A stretch of DNA of 64,000 nt from Lama guanicoe (lineage: Eukaryota): positions 1 through 64,000 of the forward strand of contig MU056116.1 in assembly GCA_013239625.1 (NCBI GenBank). The letters run 5' to 3'. Both the position numbers and the translations under genes were made by a program. Under the pieces are notes generated by a model. It saw nothing but the letters and a program-made list of their open reading frames with translations. It did not search any database and had not been told where the DNA came from. Below, in pieces: positions 35,337 through 47,734 of the stretch. Position 1 is the stretch's first letter; the number at the start of each line of letters is the position of its first letter.

Positions 35337-37278
35337 TCTGGCGGTGGGCGGGGCGGCCTGAGGTCTAATTTGAAGCTGGGATCCTACCGCTTCCATCTGA
35401 CTCTAGCCGCCAGCGCAAGTCACATGCCCGAGACCAAAGCCAGAAGGCAGGGCTGGCGACCCTGCTCCTGGTGGGGGCAAGGACGCCACAAAGTTACTCG
35501 CAAAAGGCAGGAAGGGTGAAGAATTGAGACCACGAATGCCGCCCATTTTCCAGAACTTGGTGTCTTTTAAAGTCAACTTCAAACTTGAAAACTGATTTTA
35601 GCCCGCGGGAAAGGAGCCAGGGCTTTCTTTTTGGGTTGACAAGAGGACATCGACTTTGAAGTTCAGTCTGAGTCCACACCCCAGCTCACCCAGTCCCTCG
35701 CGGGTTGGCTTCTACACGTCACCAATTTCCAGGGCCCGGATGCACATCTGTGAAGCGGGGTGAGGGTCTGATGACCAGGTCGCCCGGAGCGCGGGGGATG
35801 GGGCGCTCGGCCGTGGCTCGGTGGCTGCTCCACGCTGTGGGTGTGAGGAAATCTCTTGGTGATTATCCAAAACAGATTCAGAATATAAACAGGAAAAATA
35901 TAGCTTCCCCTAGAAGATCACGTCATCCCTGGGCATAAATTAGTGATTTAAATGGCATCTCTGGTTTTTCATTTCTCCTCCTTAGTTTCTGCTCAGAATG
36001 TCCTGTGTTCTTTCCCGCGGTAAGTCCTTCTTTTAGGTCGAAGCGTCTGTCTGCCTGCCTGGAAGAAGCGGAAAGCACTGATCCCATGGGCTGGAGAGGC
36101 TGGGTCCCTGGGCCCCAGGGTCAGCGCTGTTTCTGTTCATCACCCGCTGAGCTGACTCCTCAGAGAGAACCAGGGCTTTCGGGGTGCTGGGAAGGGGATC
36201 TTGAAACTGGAAAGAAGAGGGGAGAGTGTGTCGCCCTCAGAAGAGACGTCTGTGATGCTGGCAGCTTCGGGCAAACGTGTGTCCCTCACTCAGCCACACG
36301 GCTGCCCATCAGACAACATTAGGATGCCGCTGGCTTGGTGCTCTGGGCAGGGCGTGGGGAGGGGGAATCCATGCTTCACAATGGACACAATGTGGAGACC
36401 TGGCCGGTGGGGGGAGGGTGTGGAGCACTGGGCTTCCCCAACCTCAGAGGCGCCCAGTGGGTACACTTTTGAACAGATGGGACAGAGAGTCCAAAGCGCA
36501 TACAAGCTCAGAGCCCCAGACACCTGCAGGAGAAAGTGAAGAAGAAAGAGTATGGGGGAATCAGAGGCCAGGATGCACACCCTGGGGACAAGCCAGGAGC
36601 TTTCCTTCACCGAGGGCTTGGACCCCACTGGTGGAAGGAGAGCCCAGGAGCGTCAGGGCCCACAGCCAGGCCCCGCACCCCTGCAGGTGGGGGAGGGGGG
36701 TGTCAGACGCTGACGGGAGGCCCAGCCCCTGGGAGGAGAGGGCCTTATGGTTGGCGGACCACAGGATCTGAGGAGAAAATACTCCAGGGGCCAGGGCCAG
36801 GGAGCCTGGACCAGGCAATGTGCAGCACAGATGCATTTTGTGCAAATTTAATTATGCAATTTTTTGAGATAACACCATATAGAGTTATGAATCTCACTTC
36901 ACTTTAGGCACAAACTTTGGTATAAAGACACCTTCTTTAAATATTCTTAGGAGAAAATTAGCCTTGAATACTGCAGAGCCCCCCCAAATCCAACTGTCAC
37001 CTACAACATGACTTGCCCGTGTTCAGGAAGTTCAGTGTCCGGGAAGCGGCAGCTGACTCAGGCCTCTGGGGCTGGACTGGAGTCCTTCAGGGTGGGGGCT
37101 CCAGGAGGGCCCCCAAACTTGGACTGAGCTGCCTTCCACATAGGCGTATGTTCTTTCCACACTGGGTTGTGGGTTCACATAATTTCCTACAGTTACATTC
37201 TAAATAGTCTTCACTTTCTAATCATTCTTTATAAACTGCCCACTCCCATGTAGAGAATGATTAGAAGCAATAACTTCG

Positions 37279-37885
37279 GAGGGAATTCTAATTCAAAGAG
37301 ATACATGCACCCCAAAGTTCACAGCAGCACTATATACAACAGCCAAGACATGGAAGCAACCTAAACATCCACCGACCGATGCTGGATAAAGAAGTTGTGG
37401 TATACTTATATAATGGAATACTACTCGGCCATAAAAAAGAATAAAATAATGCCATTTGCAGCAACATGGATGGACCTGGAGACAGTCATTCTATGTGAAG
37501 TAAACCAGAAAGAGAGAGAAAAATGCCATATGATATCACTCATATGTGGAATCTAAAAAAAAAGACAAATGAACTTATTTACAAAACAGAAAGACTCACA
37601 GACGTAGAAAACAAACTTATGGTTACCAGTGAGGGGAAAAGGGTGGGAAGTGATAAATTGGGAGTTCAGGATTTGCAAATACTAAGTACCATATATAAAA
37701 TAGATAAACAACAAGTTTATACTGTATAGCACAGGAAACTATGTTCAATATCTTGCAGTAACTTATGGTGAAAAAGAATATGAAAACAAAGATGTGTGTG
37801 TTCATGTATGACTGGAGCACTGTGCTGTACACCAGAAATTGACACAACACTGTAAACTGACTAGACTTCAATAAAAAAAAAATAA
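37279..37885 (+). mobile_element. 5'-truncated L1 (ORF2 end, 3' UTR, poly-A)
   Basis: gatacatgcacccc...agccaagacatggaagcaacctaaa...gcagcaacatggatggacctggag...cttcaataaaaaaaa. Confidence 0.95.
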
Positions 37886-38830
37886 ATGTTGACCTTTTAT
37901 CCAGTGACTTTGATAAATTTGCTTTCTAATTCTAATATCTAATCTAGCTTTGCGTATTAACACCATGATGTCAGCAAGTAATGACAGTTTATATCTTCTT
38001 TTCCAATTCTTACGTCTTTTTGTCCCTTTGGTTTGTTGTACTGTTAGGAATTCCAGTGTAACGTTTAGAAGAGGTACCAGTGGGCATCCTTTATCTTGTT
38101 TCTCGTCCAGAGGAAGCAATTCAATAATTCACACTTAACCACCAGGCTTAAAAGGTTTTTTTTTTTTGGTATTCTTTTCTTTTTGTGGATAATCTTTATC
38201 AAATTAAGGAGGGTCCCTTTACTATCAGGTTGTTGCCAACTTTGAACATGAATGAATGTTTAACTTTGTCAAATGCTTCCACTGCATCTAGTGAGATGGC
38301 CTTATGATTACACACCTGTGTTCTGTGTCTGTGATGTAGAGAAACACTATTGAAAGCTGAGCCTGTAACCAAACGTTTGAAGAATAAATTTTTCAGCTCT
38401 AACACTTTGTCCTTGGAGCCCATGAGCTTTTCTGGGTACATCATTGTTCAGTTTGCAAATGATGATGGTATTTAATCTCTCTCTTTAATTCGTACCTTCT
38501 CTCTCATTTTCCCCATTACTGTTGGCCAGGACCTCTGCCAGTATCTTCAACAGTGCCTGGAATAACGGGCACTCTCGTCTTGGCACCAGTCTTTACAGGG
38601 ATGTGTGTAAAGTTTCTCCATCAGGTTATAAAATTGGCTGCAAGTGTTTGATGTAAAACTTGATATCAAGTTGGGGAAGTTCATTTCTTCTTCTAGCCTG
38701 CAAAGAACTTTTTTTTTCATTAATAGATACTGAGCATTGCTAAATAACTTTTCTCCATCAGTTGAGATATCCCATGCTTTTGTCAGCTTTAATCTATTAT
38801 TGCTCTGTGTTACTGTCTGAAGTTAATTCT
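37886..38830 (-). mobile_element. Old L1 ORF2 fragments
   Basis: Minus-strand peptides KQDKGCPLVPLL-NVTLEFL, LSLLADIM and ISLDAVEAFDKVKHSFMFK resemble L1 RT motifs. Confidence 0.82.
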
Positions 38831-41749
38831 GTAACTATATTGCATGACTGAGTATGGCAACTTCCTTTCTTCAGTAAAGAGGCAGACATGTGATCTGATT
38901 CAGTGGCCCAAACTGGTTTTCTTTTTTTAAATTTTTTCCAAGGTTGAGACATTCAGCCTGTGTTCCAAAGACGGCCTCTGTGGGGATACAGTCCAGTCTC
39001 GATAACATGCTCTTGACAGTCTCTTCACTGATGTCATTTTTAAAAGCTTCCTCCTTGTCTTTATATTGCAGGACATCTTAGCAGTTGTGCTCACTGTTGA
39101 TATGGGAAAAAAAGGGTGCAGAGGAAAAGAGAATGTGAGAACTAATTAGGACTGAAATGTCAGCTCATCTTTCCTGGGTCATGTTGGTCCTTCCAAAGAT
39201 GTGGTTCCTGGAGTCCACCTTCGTGTTTATTTCTGGTGTATCTCAACCTGTTTATGAGCCATTTTCCAAAACGTCCTTTGGGTCTCCTTAGGCATTGCAA
39301 TCAGATCGTAAATTGAGCTCATCCGCTGTAAGGATGGAAGATGCCAGCGCTACTCGGCCATGAGGACCGTAGCTTGGCGTCCTCTCATCACAGCGGCTCA
39401 GATGATGACTGAGATGCCAGGGGACAACATGGCTGCTCCTGGAAACCATCCCAATAGAAGCTAGAAGTAAGTTTGTGGCTTCCGAGGTATTTTAAATCTC
39501 CTACAAGACTAAATTTAATCTGTAGCATAATAAGGAGAAAAAAAGCCCTAAGCTCTCTATTTAGTTTTTAGGAAATAAATGTCATTTCTTGTTTTTAAAT
39601 AGACAAATACGTGTAGTTTTAAGAAAATAGAAAAATTAGAACAAGTGTGCCGTTTTTGGGCCGCCATTGTGTGTAGCTCTGCACCCATCATTAGTTACTT
39701 TTGTTGCAAAGTCTCATAAATACTGAGCTGCATTATTCCAGAAACTGAAGGCTGACGGGTCACCTCATTTGTCTCTTGGAAACGAGCGTGTTTTGTGACC
39801 GTGGGAACAGCCTGTCCTCTGGAGAGGCGACTTCCACTTCCGGTGGAGGACCGGTCTCTGTCTCGGTTATAAAAGAAAGGATCTCGTCTCCCCGTTCCCA
39901 CGTTTGGCAGGAAGCCTTCTTCTGTCACATTTGTTCCTGCTGCGGGTTTTGTGGTTTTTTTCAAAGAGAGCAGCCACCCCGATTTCCTCTTTTTCTGAAA
40001 ACCCACTATTATCCCCTCATGGACTGGCGTTTTGTAAAATTTATCTCTGAAAAGCGCTCTGTGTTGTAAAATGCTTCCATAGACGTCTGGCAACATCCTT
40101 CTGCAACTCAGGCGGCCAGACCCCAGAAAAAGCCGCTGCCGGCCCTCCGCCGCTCGGCGTGGGCGCTGGGTGCGCAGATCCCCCTGTGGCTGGCGGGGGG
40201 CTTCCGCCCCGGGCCTGGGCTGGGGCTTGCTGAGGCGCCCCAGTGTGTGGCACCAGAGCGGGGTGCTGGCTGCGTCCCCTCCTGCCACTCACAGACGGCC
40301 CGGACAAAGAATCTCATTGTGCAGGCCCTCGACTTCACTCAGAACAGGAAGTCGGACCAGATGACCTCCAAGGCTGCTCTTAGCTCTTCGTTCCTGATGT
40401 CACTTCTTCTCGTCGCCGTTGCTTTTGTCTCTTGGGGGATGCACTGGACTGTAGATGACACGTGTTCTCTTTACCGAGTCCCTGGGACAGTCACCCAGGT
40501 CATTTCCAAAGTGAGACATCAAGACTTTGGGAACTGGAGTCTGCGTCACAGCCGTGGGTCCCACCTGAGCCCTTCTCTCCAGAGGCTGTTTTGATGAGAC
40601 CTCCCCCGAAGAAAGTTCCAGAAGCATGTCCCTCAGTTTGGCAGGATCGTACTTTGAGGCACAGGGGGTGGTTTTCCCTCCCTTGCCTTTTTTTAGTCCC
40701 TCTGCCCACGCGGCGGGTCCAGGCCTCCGACCCGGTTTGGGGCAGGGTTTCCTGTTGCTTGTTCCCACGCCCCTCAGCAGTGATGGACATCAAGGGAAGA
40801 GTCGTAAAGGACATGAAGTGACACCAGGGACCTCTGGGCAGATGCAGAGAGAGGACGGTCCGGAGGTGACTCCAGGAGACTGGGGAAAGGCTCTGCCTGC
40901 CTGGAGGGGTGAGCTGGGCTCCATGACAGTGACTGCCACGGGGCTGGCTTCAGAGGGCGGTGGGGAGGGGCTGCTGCGCGCCGGGCCGCAGGGAAGACAC
41001 GCAGGCCTGGGGCAGTTGCTGCGCACAATGAGGGTGACGGGTGGGCTTCCTCTTGCCCCCGGGCTGTGTCTCCCACTCCCGTCCCCCTTTGTGTGGCCCC
41101 CGTGTTGTTACTTTTAGGAAATGAGGGTAATTTTCCTTGCATATCTGAGTGTGTGACCGGCAATTTGTTCCTTCCACAGTAATTGCCAGCAGCTCAGAAA
41201 GGTTTTAGTAAAAAGGTTTTACTTTAGTAAATGCCGTGGAAAGTTCTGAGGCCGGTGAGTGCAGAGGTAGAAGGAGCATGTGTGAGCCACAGGCCCTTCA
41301 GTAAAGCTCGGGGACGAGAGAACGAGGGGGGGGGAGACACCCAGAGATGGAGGCGAGGAGGAACCAGCGCCCTGGTCGGAGGTAGGGCAGTGTAACCCAG
41401 AGGTGTCCTGATGGGAGACGTGGCCTTCTTTCAGAGGAGCTGCTGCGGGTTCCCTCCTGCCCGACAGCCTGGAAGAGACCCTCAACGTGAGCGAGACCAG
41501 GAGGGTGGAGAGACTGGCAGCGATGCCCTGTCCTCCACCAGCACATCTCTTTGGTGTGAGGAGGGGTCAGCGATCTCGGCTGAAGTCACAGCCACGCAGT
41601 TTATTTAAGGCCGGTGTGGCGAAGGTAACTGGAGAGTGTGGACCGCAGGACCAGCCTTTCTGGGCCTGAACAGCGCCTCCATCTCACCAGGTCAGTTTCC
41701 TTCCCTGAGGCTCATTTTCTCCCTTCTGAAAAGGGTGATGAGTCACAGT

Positions 41750-42170
41750 CGTGATGGTTAATTGCATGAGTCAACTTGCCCAGGCTACGGGGCCCAGGCA
41801 TCTGGTCAAACGTCATTCTAGGTCTCTGAGTGAGGGTGTTTTGGGATGAGATTTGCATTTCAGTTGGTGAACTTTGAGTGAAGCAGATGATCTGCCATCA
41901 CGGAGGTGGGCCACACCTGAGCAGTTGAAGGCCCCGAAGAACAAAGACTGACCCTCCCCCGTGCAAGAGGAAGTTCTGCCAGCAGATGGCCTTTGGGCTC
42001 AAACTGAAACTCTTCCCTGAGTCAGCCTGACAGGACCACCCCCTCAGACTGCAGACTCACTGAGCCACCCAACTCACGGGAGCCAGCTAATTAAAATACA
42101 TAAGCCCTCTCTGAAGACACATGAACACACCCTGCTGGTTCTGTTCACCTGGAGCGCCCTGCCTAACACA
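41750..42170 (+). mobile_element. ERVL LTR (MLT2D-like)
   Basis: gtgatggttaattgcatgagtcaacttg...tctggtcaaacgtcattctagg...gagggtgttttgggatgagattt...ctggttctgtt...ccctgcctaacaca. Confidence 0.9.
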
Positions 42171-42299
42171 GTAGCATTACTCGCCCGCTAGGGCACTGCT
42201 CCGTCCGGGGATGCCCAGGAGAAGAGCAGAGTGATGGACCAGAGGAAGCTCAGCGCACTTAAAATGACCCCTCGAAAAGCAAAGGCATGGACTGGAGAT

Positions 42300-42475
42300 T
42301 GCCAGCAATTATTTAGTGGGTACAGAATTTCCTTTCGGGGTGATGAAAATGTTTTGGAACTCAGCAGAGGTCATGGTTTCACAACATTGCAAATGGGCTA
42401 CATGTCACTGAATTATTCACTTCTCAATGGTTAATTTTTTGTTATGTGAATTTCACCCCAACGTAAATAAAAAAT
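42300..42475 (+). mobile_element. L1MB-type 3' end
   Basis: gggtacagaatttcctttcggggtgatgaaaatgttttggaact...tatgtgaatttcacc. Confidence 0.85.
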
Positions 42476-42573
42476 ATTCAGTATTTTGGGAAAAACAATG
42501 GCCTGGTTTTAAAAAGCCAAAATCCTAGACAAGTATTGTTTATGTCAGAAAAAAATGTCTTTGATTTGGCAGT

Positions 42574-42955
42574 TGTCGGGGGTTGAATTGTGCATCCCCC
42601 AAAAGGGGTTCAAGTCCCCATCCCCAGGACCGGTGAGTGATCTGATTTGGACATAAGGTCATTGCGGATGATCAGCTAGGATGAGGCTATTAGGGGTGGT
42701 ATCTGGCGTCCTTATACGAAGGGAAAATGTGGACCCAGAGACAAACACGTACAAAGGAAAGACAACGTGAAGACAGAGACACATCTCCAAGCCTGAGGCC
42801 ACCTGAGGCTGGAACGGATTGTTCCTCACAGCTTCCAGAAGGAACTGCCGTGCCAACACCATGATCTTGGACTCAGGCCCCTGAGACAATGAGTTTCTGT
42901 TGTTAAGCCTCCCAACTGTGGTAATTTGCTCGGGCGGCCCCGGGACACCGACGCA
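42574..42955 (+). mobile_element. MaLR LTR (MLT1C-like) with near-perfect 5-bp TSD
   Basis: tgtcgggggttgaattgtg...gccaacaccatgatcttggact...ttctgttgttaagcc; flanks gcagt (42569-42573) and gcact (42956-42960). Confidence 0.85.
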
Positions 42956-42960
42956 GCACT

Positions 42961-43463
42961 GGTGGCCGCTTGATGCCTATGCTGGTCACCATGCCAGACC
43001 TGGCGCTCTCCAAGAGACTCCACTTCCAGGAAGATGGAGAAATGGGAGACCCCCCCCCCCGTTGCGGGCTGCATGTAGAGACCGGCTTCTGGCCAACAGG
43101 ATGTGGCAGGGGTGATGGGATGCCGTCTTCAAACTGGGTGACATAAAATGGTGGCGTATGTTCTGCTGGCAGACGGTTCCCTTTCCTGCTTGCACACTTG
43201 GATGGAGCCTGGCATCCTGTTGAAGAGTCAGCAAGGAGCCATGTCGTCCCAGCAGCTGCCTGTGCCTGGAAGACCGTCCCTCCCTGGTCTGCTCTCAGCT
43301 GCTAACACTTCGCTGACACCTGATTTCAGCCTGTTGGAGACCCTGAGCAGAGGCTGCAGCAAAGTTGTGCTTAGATTTCTGACCAACAGAAACTAGAAGA
43401 TGGAGTATTTATACCGCTAAGTTTGGAGGTAATTTGTTACGCAGCAGTAGACATCAAATATAC
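42961..43463 (+). mobile_element. MaLR LTR (MLT1E/F-like)
   Basis: gctgacacctgatttcagcctg...gagaccctgagcagagg...gctaagtttggaggtaatttgttacgcagcagtaga. Confidence 0.8.
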
Positions 43464-44889
43464 ACTCCTTATAGCTTGTGGATTCTCCTCAGAGTATGTT
43501 TGAGACTGCTTCTCCCTCCCTAAAACCTCCCGGGCTCTGTTGCTCTCATTCCCACCAGCCTGTCACTCTCAGTAGGAGCCTGCATGGATCTCAAACTTCT
43601 CCCTCCTCTCCTGGGTACTTCCCCACTTTGCCACTTGTAATCAAAGCAAGATATCTTGGTGACCTGTGTGAGGAAGACACTGAGGTTCAGAACTCAGAAA
43701 AGAAGCACAAAATATTTGAATTAGAAGGAATTAAAGCTCCTCTTGCCCCATTTTATCATGGAGTAAAGAGACACAAAACAGAGAAAAGGGACTTTTTCTG
43801 TGCCCAAGCTCGCCAGGGGCAGCGCTGGTGTGAAGTGTCAGGTTTCTGGGTTCTTGTCCATCGGCTTTTAGTTGCTAAGGAGAAAAGTGACGAGCTTTTG
43901 TCCGAGTAAGGTCCAGATTCAGGATGCCTCCGGCGGGTGTGGGGTGGGGGCTTAGGCGGGGGTGGCAATCTGAACGAAAGCTGGTAATAGAGAACTTGTT
44001 CCGGGCCCTGCTTACTTAACGTCCTGTCAGATAGAGGAACATTTAACAACCGTATCAAAGAACGTGGCCATCGCCTCATCCACATTTCCTAGATAGGCTG
44101 CTTGTTCAAGGGACTGTCACTCTGAGAATCGCGTTCAACCACCCACAGACTCATCACTGCCGGCGGCCACGTCTTCCCCGTCCCCGACATCTGCAGCTTC
44201 ATTTGCTTTACGACCTTTACTGGCTTTATGGCTTTTACTAAGCTTTGCCTCCAAAATCAACTCCATGTGGATTTTATGTCCTTTCCACCGAGATCCTAAC
44301 ATGTTAGATGGACAGATTATTGGTGAGAAGTGGAGGAAAGGACTGGATGCAGGTGGCCTAACTCTCTCCTTATTCTAGGATGCTAATATTCGAAACTGAA
44401 TATTAAATATTAAATAAGCATGCAATACCTTTGTATTTCGATCTTGGAGATATTCTCAGTAAAAGCCTGGTTTAGTTCACTTTTAGTTTTTGACTGTAGA
44501 TTGGGGTAACTCTGAACAGCTCTCATACGGTCTCGTGTTTTGCTTTTGGTTTTGTGTGCGTGTGTGTTCACTCACTTGAATATCATTATGTTTACTGTGT
44601 TATCACTGTGGAATGTAAATCCAGGTTAGACCAGAGAATTTCACAAGTGCTACAAAGCCTTCTGTAATAAACCCAAGTTTATGTCCAGTGTCCGACCAAA
44701 CCAGCCTACTCATCCATCACTTCCATCCGAGAGAATTTATTTAGTTTAGCATTTATGATTCTTACTGGGAAAATAAACATACAGCACACACTTTTAAAGT
44801 TTGGGGGTGTGGCAGCTTCACCAGCCTGTGAATCAGTTCATATCACAATCACACTATTGCCCAAGTTAAAATGCTTTGGAGCCTTACCT

Positions 44890-45290
44890 GCCCATTCATT
44901 CCTATTTTCATTCAAAAAATACTTACTGAGCAGAGAAGAGAGAGGCAGTGGCGCACAATTAGACAAACCTTCTGGTTTCATGAACTTACAGCTGAGTTGG
45001 GAAAATAGACATCAATCAAGTAATCAAGCCACACCGCCATGTGCTTCAGGGAAGGCCCTGCTCAGCGACTGGTGCTTGGACCATGATGGGTAAGAAGGAG
45101 TCAAGCAGGCTGACTGCAAAGGGAAGAGGGTTTCTGGCATCAGGAGAAGCATGTGCAAAGGGCCTGCAGCAGGAGGGAACCGAGTCAGCATATGAGCATT
45201 AGAGGAGGCTGCTTTCTTAGAGGGTAAGGAGGGTGTGTCTGGACACAGAGCTGGGATGAAGGATGATCCTGTTAGGAAGCTTTTAAACTC
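44890..45290 (-). mobile_element. L2 3' region
   Basis: cattcattc...aaatacttactgagc; gggaagagggtttctggc...agcatgtgcaaagg. Confidence 0.78.
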
Positions 45291-45380
45291 TCCAAATGAC
45301 TCACTGTGCGATAGCACCTCCTGGAGGCGTGTGGAACGAGGAGTCAGGACACCTGGAGCTCTCATCGCACCAGTTAACAG

Positions 45381-45475
45381 CTGTGTGCGTATGTGCGTGT
45401 ACAAGTATGTGCATGTGTGTGCGTGCACGTTGGTGCACACGTTTGTGTATGTGCATGTGTACACATACACACATG
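45381..45475. repeat. Degenerate alternating purine-pyrimidine (TG/CA) tract
   Basis: tgtgtgcgtatgtgcgtgtac...gtgcatgtgtacacatacacacat. Confidence 0.85.
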
Positions 45476-45481
45476 AGGATG

Positions 45482-45646
45482 AGAACGTCAGAATCCCCCG
45501 AGAGCTTGCAAAAACGCAGACTCCTGGGCTCCACCCCCGGAGGCTCAGATGTGGAAGTGAGCAGTGAGGCTGCGAGTCTGCATCTTTAACAAAGTTTCTC
45601 ATGATGCCAATGCTGTTGGTCCAGGGACCACGTTTTGAGAACTGCA
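45482..45646. mobile_element. MER5A hAT element
   Basis: cagaatccccc...gcagactcctgggctccacccc...tctgcatctttaacaa...ggtccagggaccacgttttgagaac. Confidence 0.85.
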
Positions 45647-45649
45647 GCG

Positions 45650-45830
45650 TTAGGGGCTAAGTGTGCTGGTTGTGGGTTCAGACCCAGAACCGCTGAGTTC
45701 AAGCCCTGGTTTTTCAAGCTGTGAGATCTTAGAAATATTACTTAAATTCCCTCCTCGTCAGTTCCTGGGTCTATAAAACTGGGTTCCTGATGCACACACT
45801 CCTGTCAAGGTGCTGTCCTGCTGTGAGAGG
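45650..45830 (+). mobile_element. MIR SINE
   Basis: ctgagttcaagccctgg...agctgtgagatcttag...cagttcctgggtctataaaactggg. Confidence 0.6.
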
Positions 45831-45975
45831 CTTACCGGAAGCTTCAGTGGGAGGGTGGGGGATGGAAGCCAAGCTGACACGTGACATTGTTTTGAAAGTG
45901 ACGGAGTGTGAGTCACCACTGATTTTGTTCCTGTCACCGGAGAGCTGGAGCAATGTCAATATTGCACTTGTTCAC

Positions 45976-46529
45976 AATTTTTTAAACTTTAAAAAAAATT
46001 GAAGTATAGTCAGTTGACAATGTTGTGTTAATGTCTGGTGTACGGCACAGTGATTCAGTTACACACACACATCCACACACACATATGTATATTCTTTTTC
46101 ATTATAGGCCACTACAAGGTATTAAATATAGTCCCCTGTGCTGTACAGTAGTACCTTGCTGTTTGTTTTACATATAGTGGTTGGTACCTGCAAATCCTGA
46201 ACTCCCAATTTATCCCTCTCCCCTACCTTCCCCCCCTAATAACCATAATGTCTGTGAGTCTGTTTCTGTTTTGTAAATAAGTTCATTTGTCTCATTGTTT
46301 TAGATTCCACATACAAGTTATATCATATGGTATTTTTCTTTCTCTTTCTGGATTACTTCACTTAGTATGACATTTCTAGGTCCATCCATGTTGCTGCAAA
46401 TGGTATATTTTATTCTTTGTTTATGGCTGAGTAGTATTCCATTGTGTATGTATATATACCACAACTTTTTAATCCAGTCATTTGCCAGCGGACATTTAGG
46501 CTGCTTCCATGTCTTGGCTATTGTAAATA
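45976..46529 (-). mobile_element. L1 3' end with TSD
   Basis: attgaagtatagtcagttgacaatgttgtg...ttccatgtcttggctattgtaaata; flanks tgcacttgttcac (45963-45975) and tgcacttattcac (46530-46542). Confidence 0.93.
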
Positions 46530-46589
46530 TGCACTTATTCACCTGTAAATGTTTCTCGTAGGTGTCATTCAGTGAATCCTGAAGAGGCG

Positions 46590-46740
46590 GGTTTTTTCAG
46601 CTGGATGACCTCGGGCAAGTTACACCTCCTGCAACTGCATCTCCACCCCTCCGTAGGTCAAATGGGATAAATAAAATCCTTACTTCCTGGGGCCATTTTA
46701 AGGATCACATCAATTCTCATCAAAGCGTTAAAATATGCTA
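46590..46740 (+). mobile_element. MIR fragment
   Basis: agctggatgacctcgggcaagttacacctc...aaatgggataa. Confidence 0.6.
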
Positions 46741-47734
46741 TTTACAAAAATGTGCCAGTTTTAAAAGTATTGTTATTACAATGGAACTCTTGGAATTAAG
46801 ATTAAAATTAATTATTCACATCCTAGTGAACAGGTAGGAACTGTCTTACATTCCCTTTCGATAAGAAAGATTACCTAGTAATCGTCTCGTTGACGGTGCC
46901 CTGGAGTGTCTCATGGATAATGTGAAATTCTGGTTAAAATTTATACGGTATTCTTGGGAGGGCGAATGTGCATCTTCTGATAAACGTTACGAAGCTATTA
47001 GAATGCCATCTGTGGTGCCTGATGTCTGAGTTCTTCAACAGAGAAATCCCGGGCCAGGCTCCATGGAAGGAGTTGGAGCGACGCCATGGAGAAGACATAG
47101 CCACACCCTCAAGGGTCCTCTGGGAGATGCAGGTGGGGAAAGGAGCCAGCCCCGCAGAGCGAGGAGAAGCAGGGTGCCGCAGAGACACAGAGGATGCCCC
47201 AAAGCCAGGTAAGGCCTCCCAGAAGAGGTGATGAGACTGAAGGATGAGGAACAGGCAGTCTCGAAGCGGGAGTGGGAGGGAGCTGCCGCCCAGGAAGCCC
47301 CTTCCGTGAGAGCGGGAGCGCTGTTTGGAGAAAGGCAAAGGGTTCTCTGTTCAACCTTTCCCCTCCAACCACTACTGTTCTCTTAGACATCATACGGGCA
47401 CAGTTTTATAGCTGCATCCACTGTTTTCCCTTCCCAGGCCCCCTTCCCATTGTGGTCCACATGCATGCACGTTTCTCATCATTGCAGACTTAGCGTGCAC
47501 GCTGGTCACGTTCTCTTCACTTAGCACCTTACTTTTCAAGTTGTTCCAGGTTGGTCTGATTACAAATCTAATGACAGTGTAAAAGTTCTTCAGTTGCTGT
47601 CACTGACTGATTTCAACCTTCCCACATCGTCAGCTGTCTATGTTTTGACCACTACAAATTGTGCTGTGGCCATGTCTCCATGCGTACCTTCTGCCTCCTC
47701 GATCCTGGGGACGTGGTGCAGGGACCAAGACAAC

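Noticed and set aside
39695-41163. Cluster of overlapping 100-200 aa ORFs
   Set aside because: Open in several frames on both strands as expected for GC-rich DNA; no recognisable homology or splice-consistent structure.
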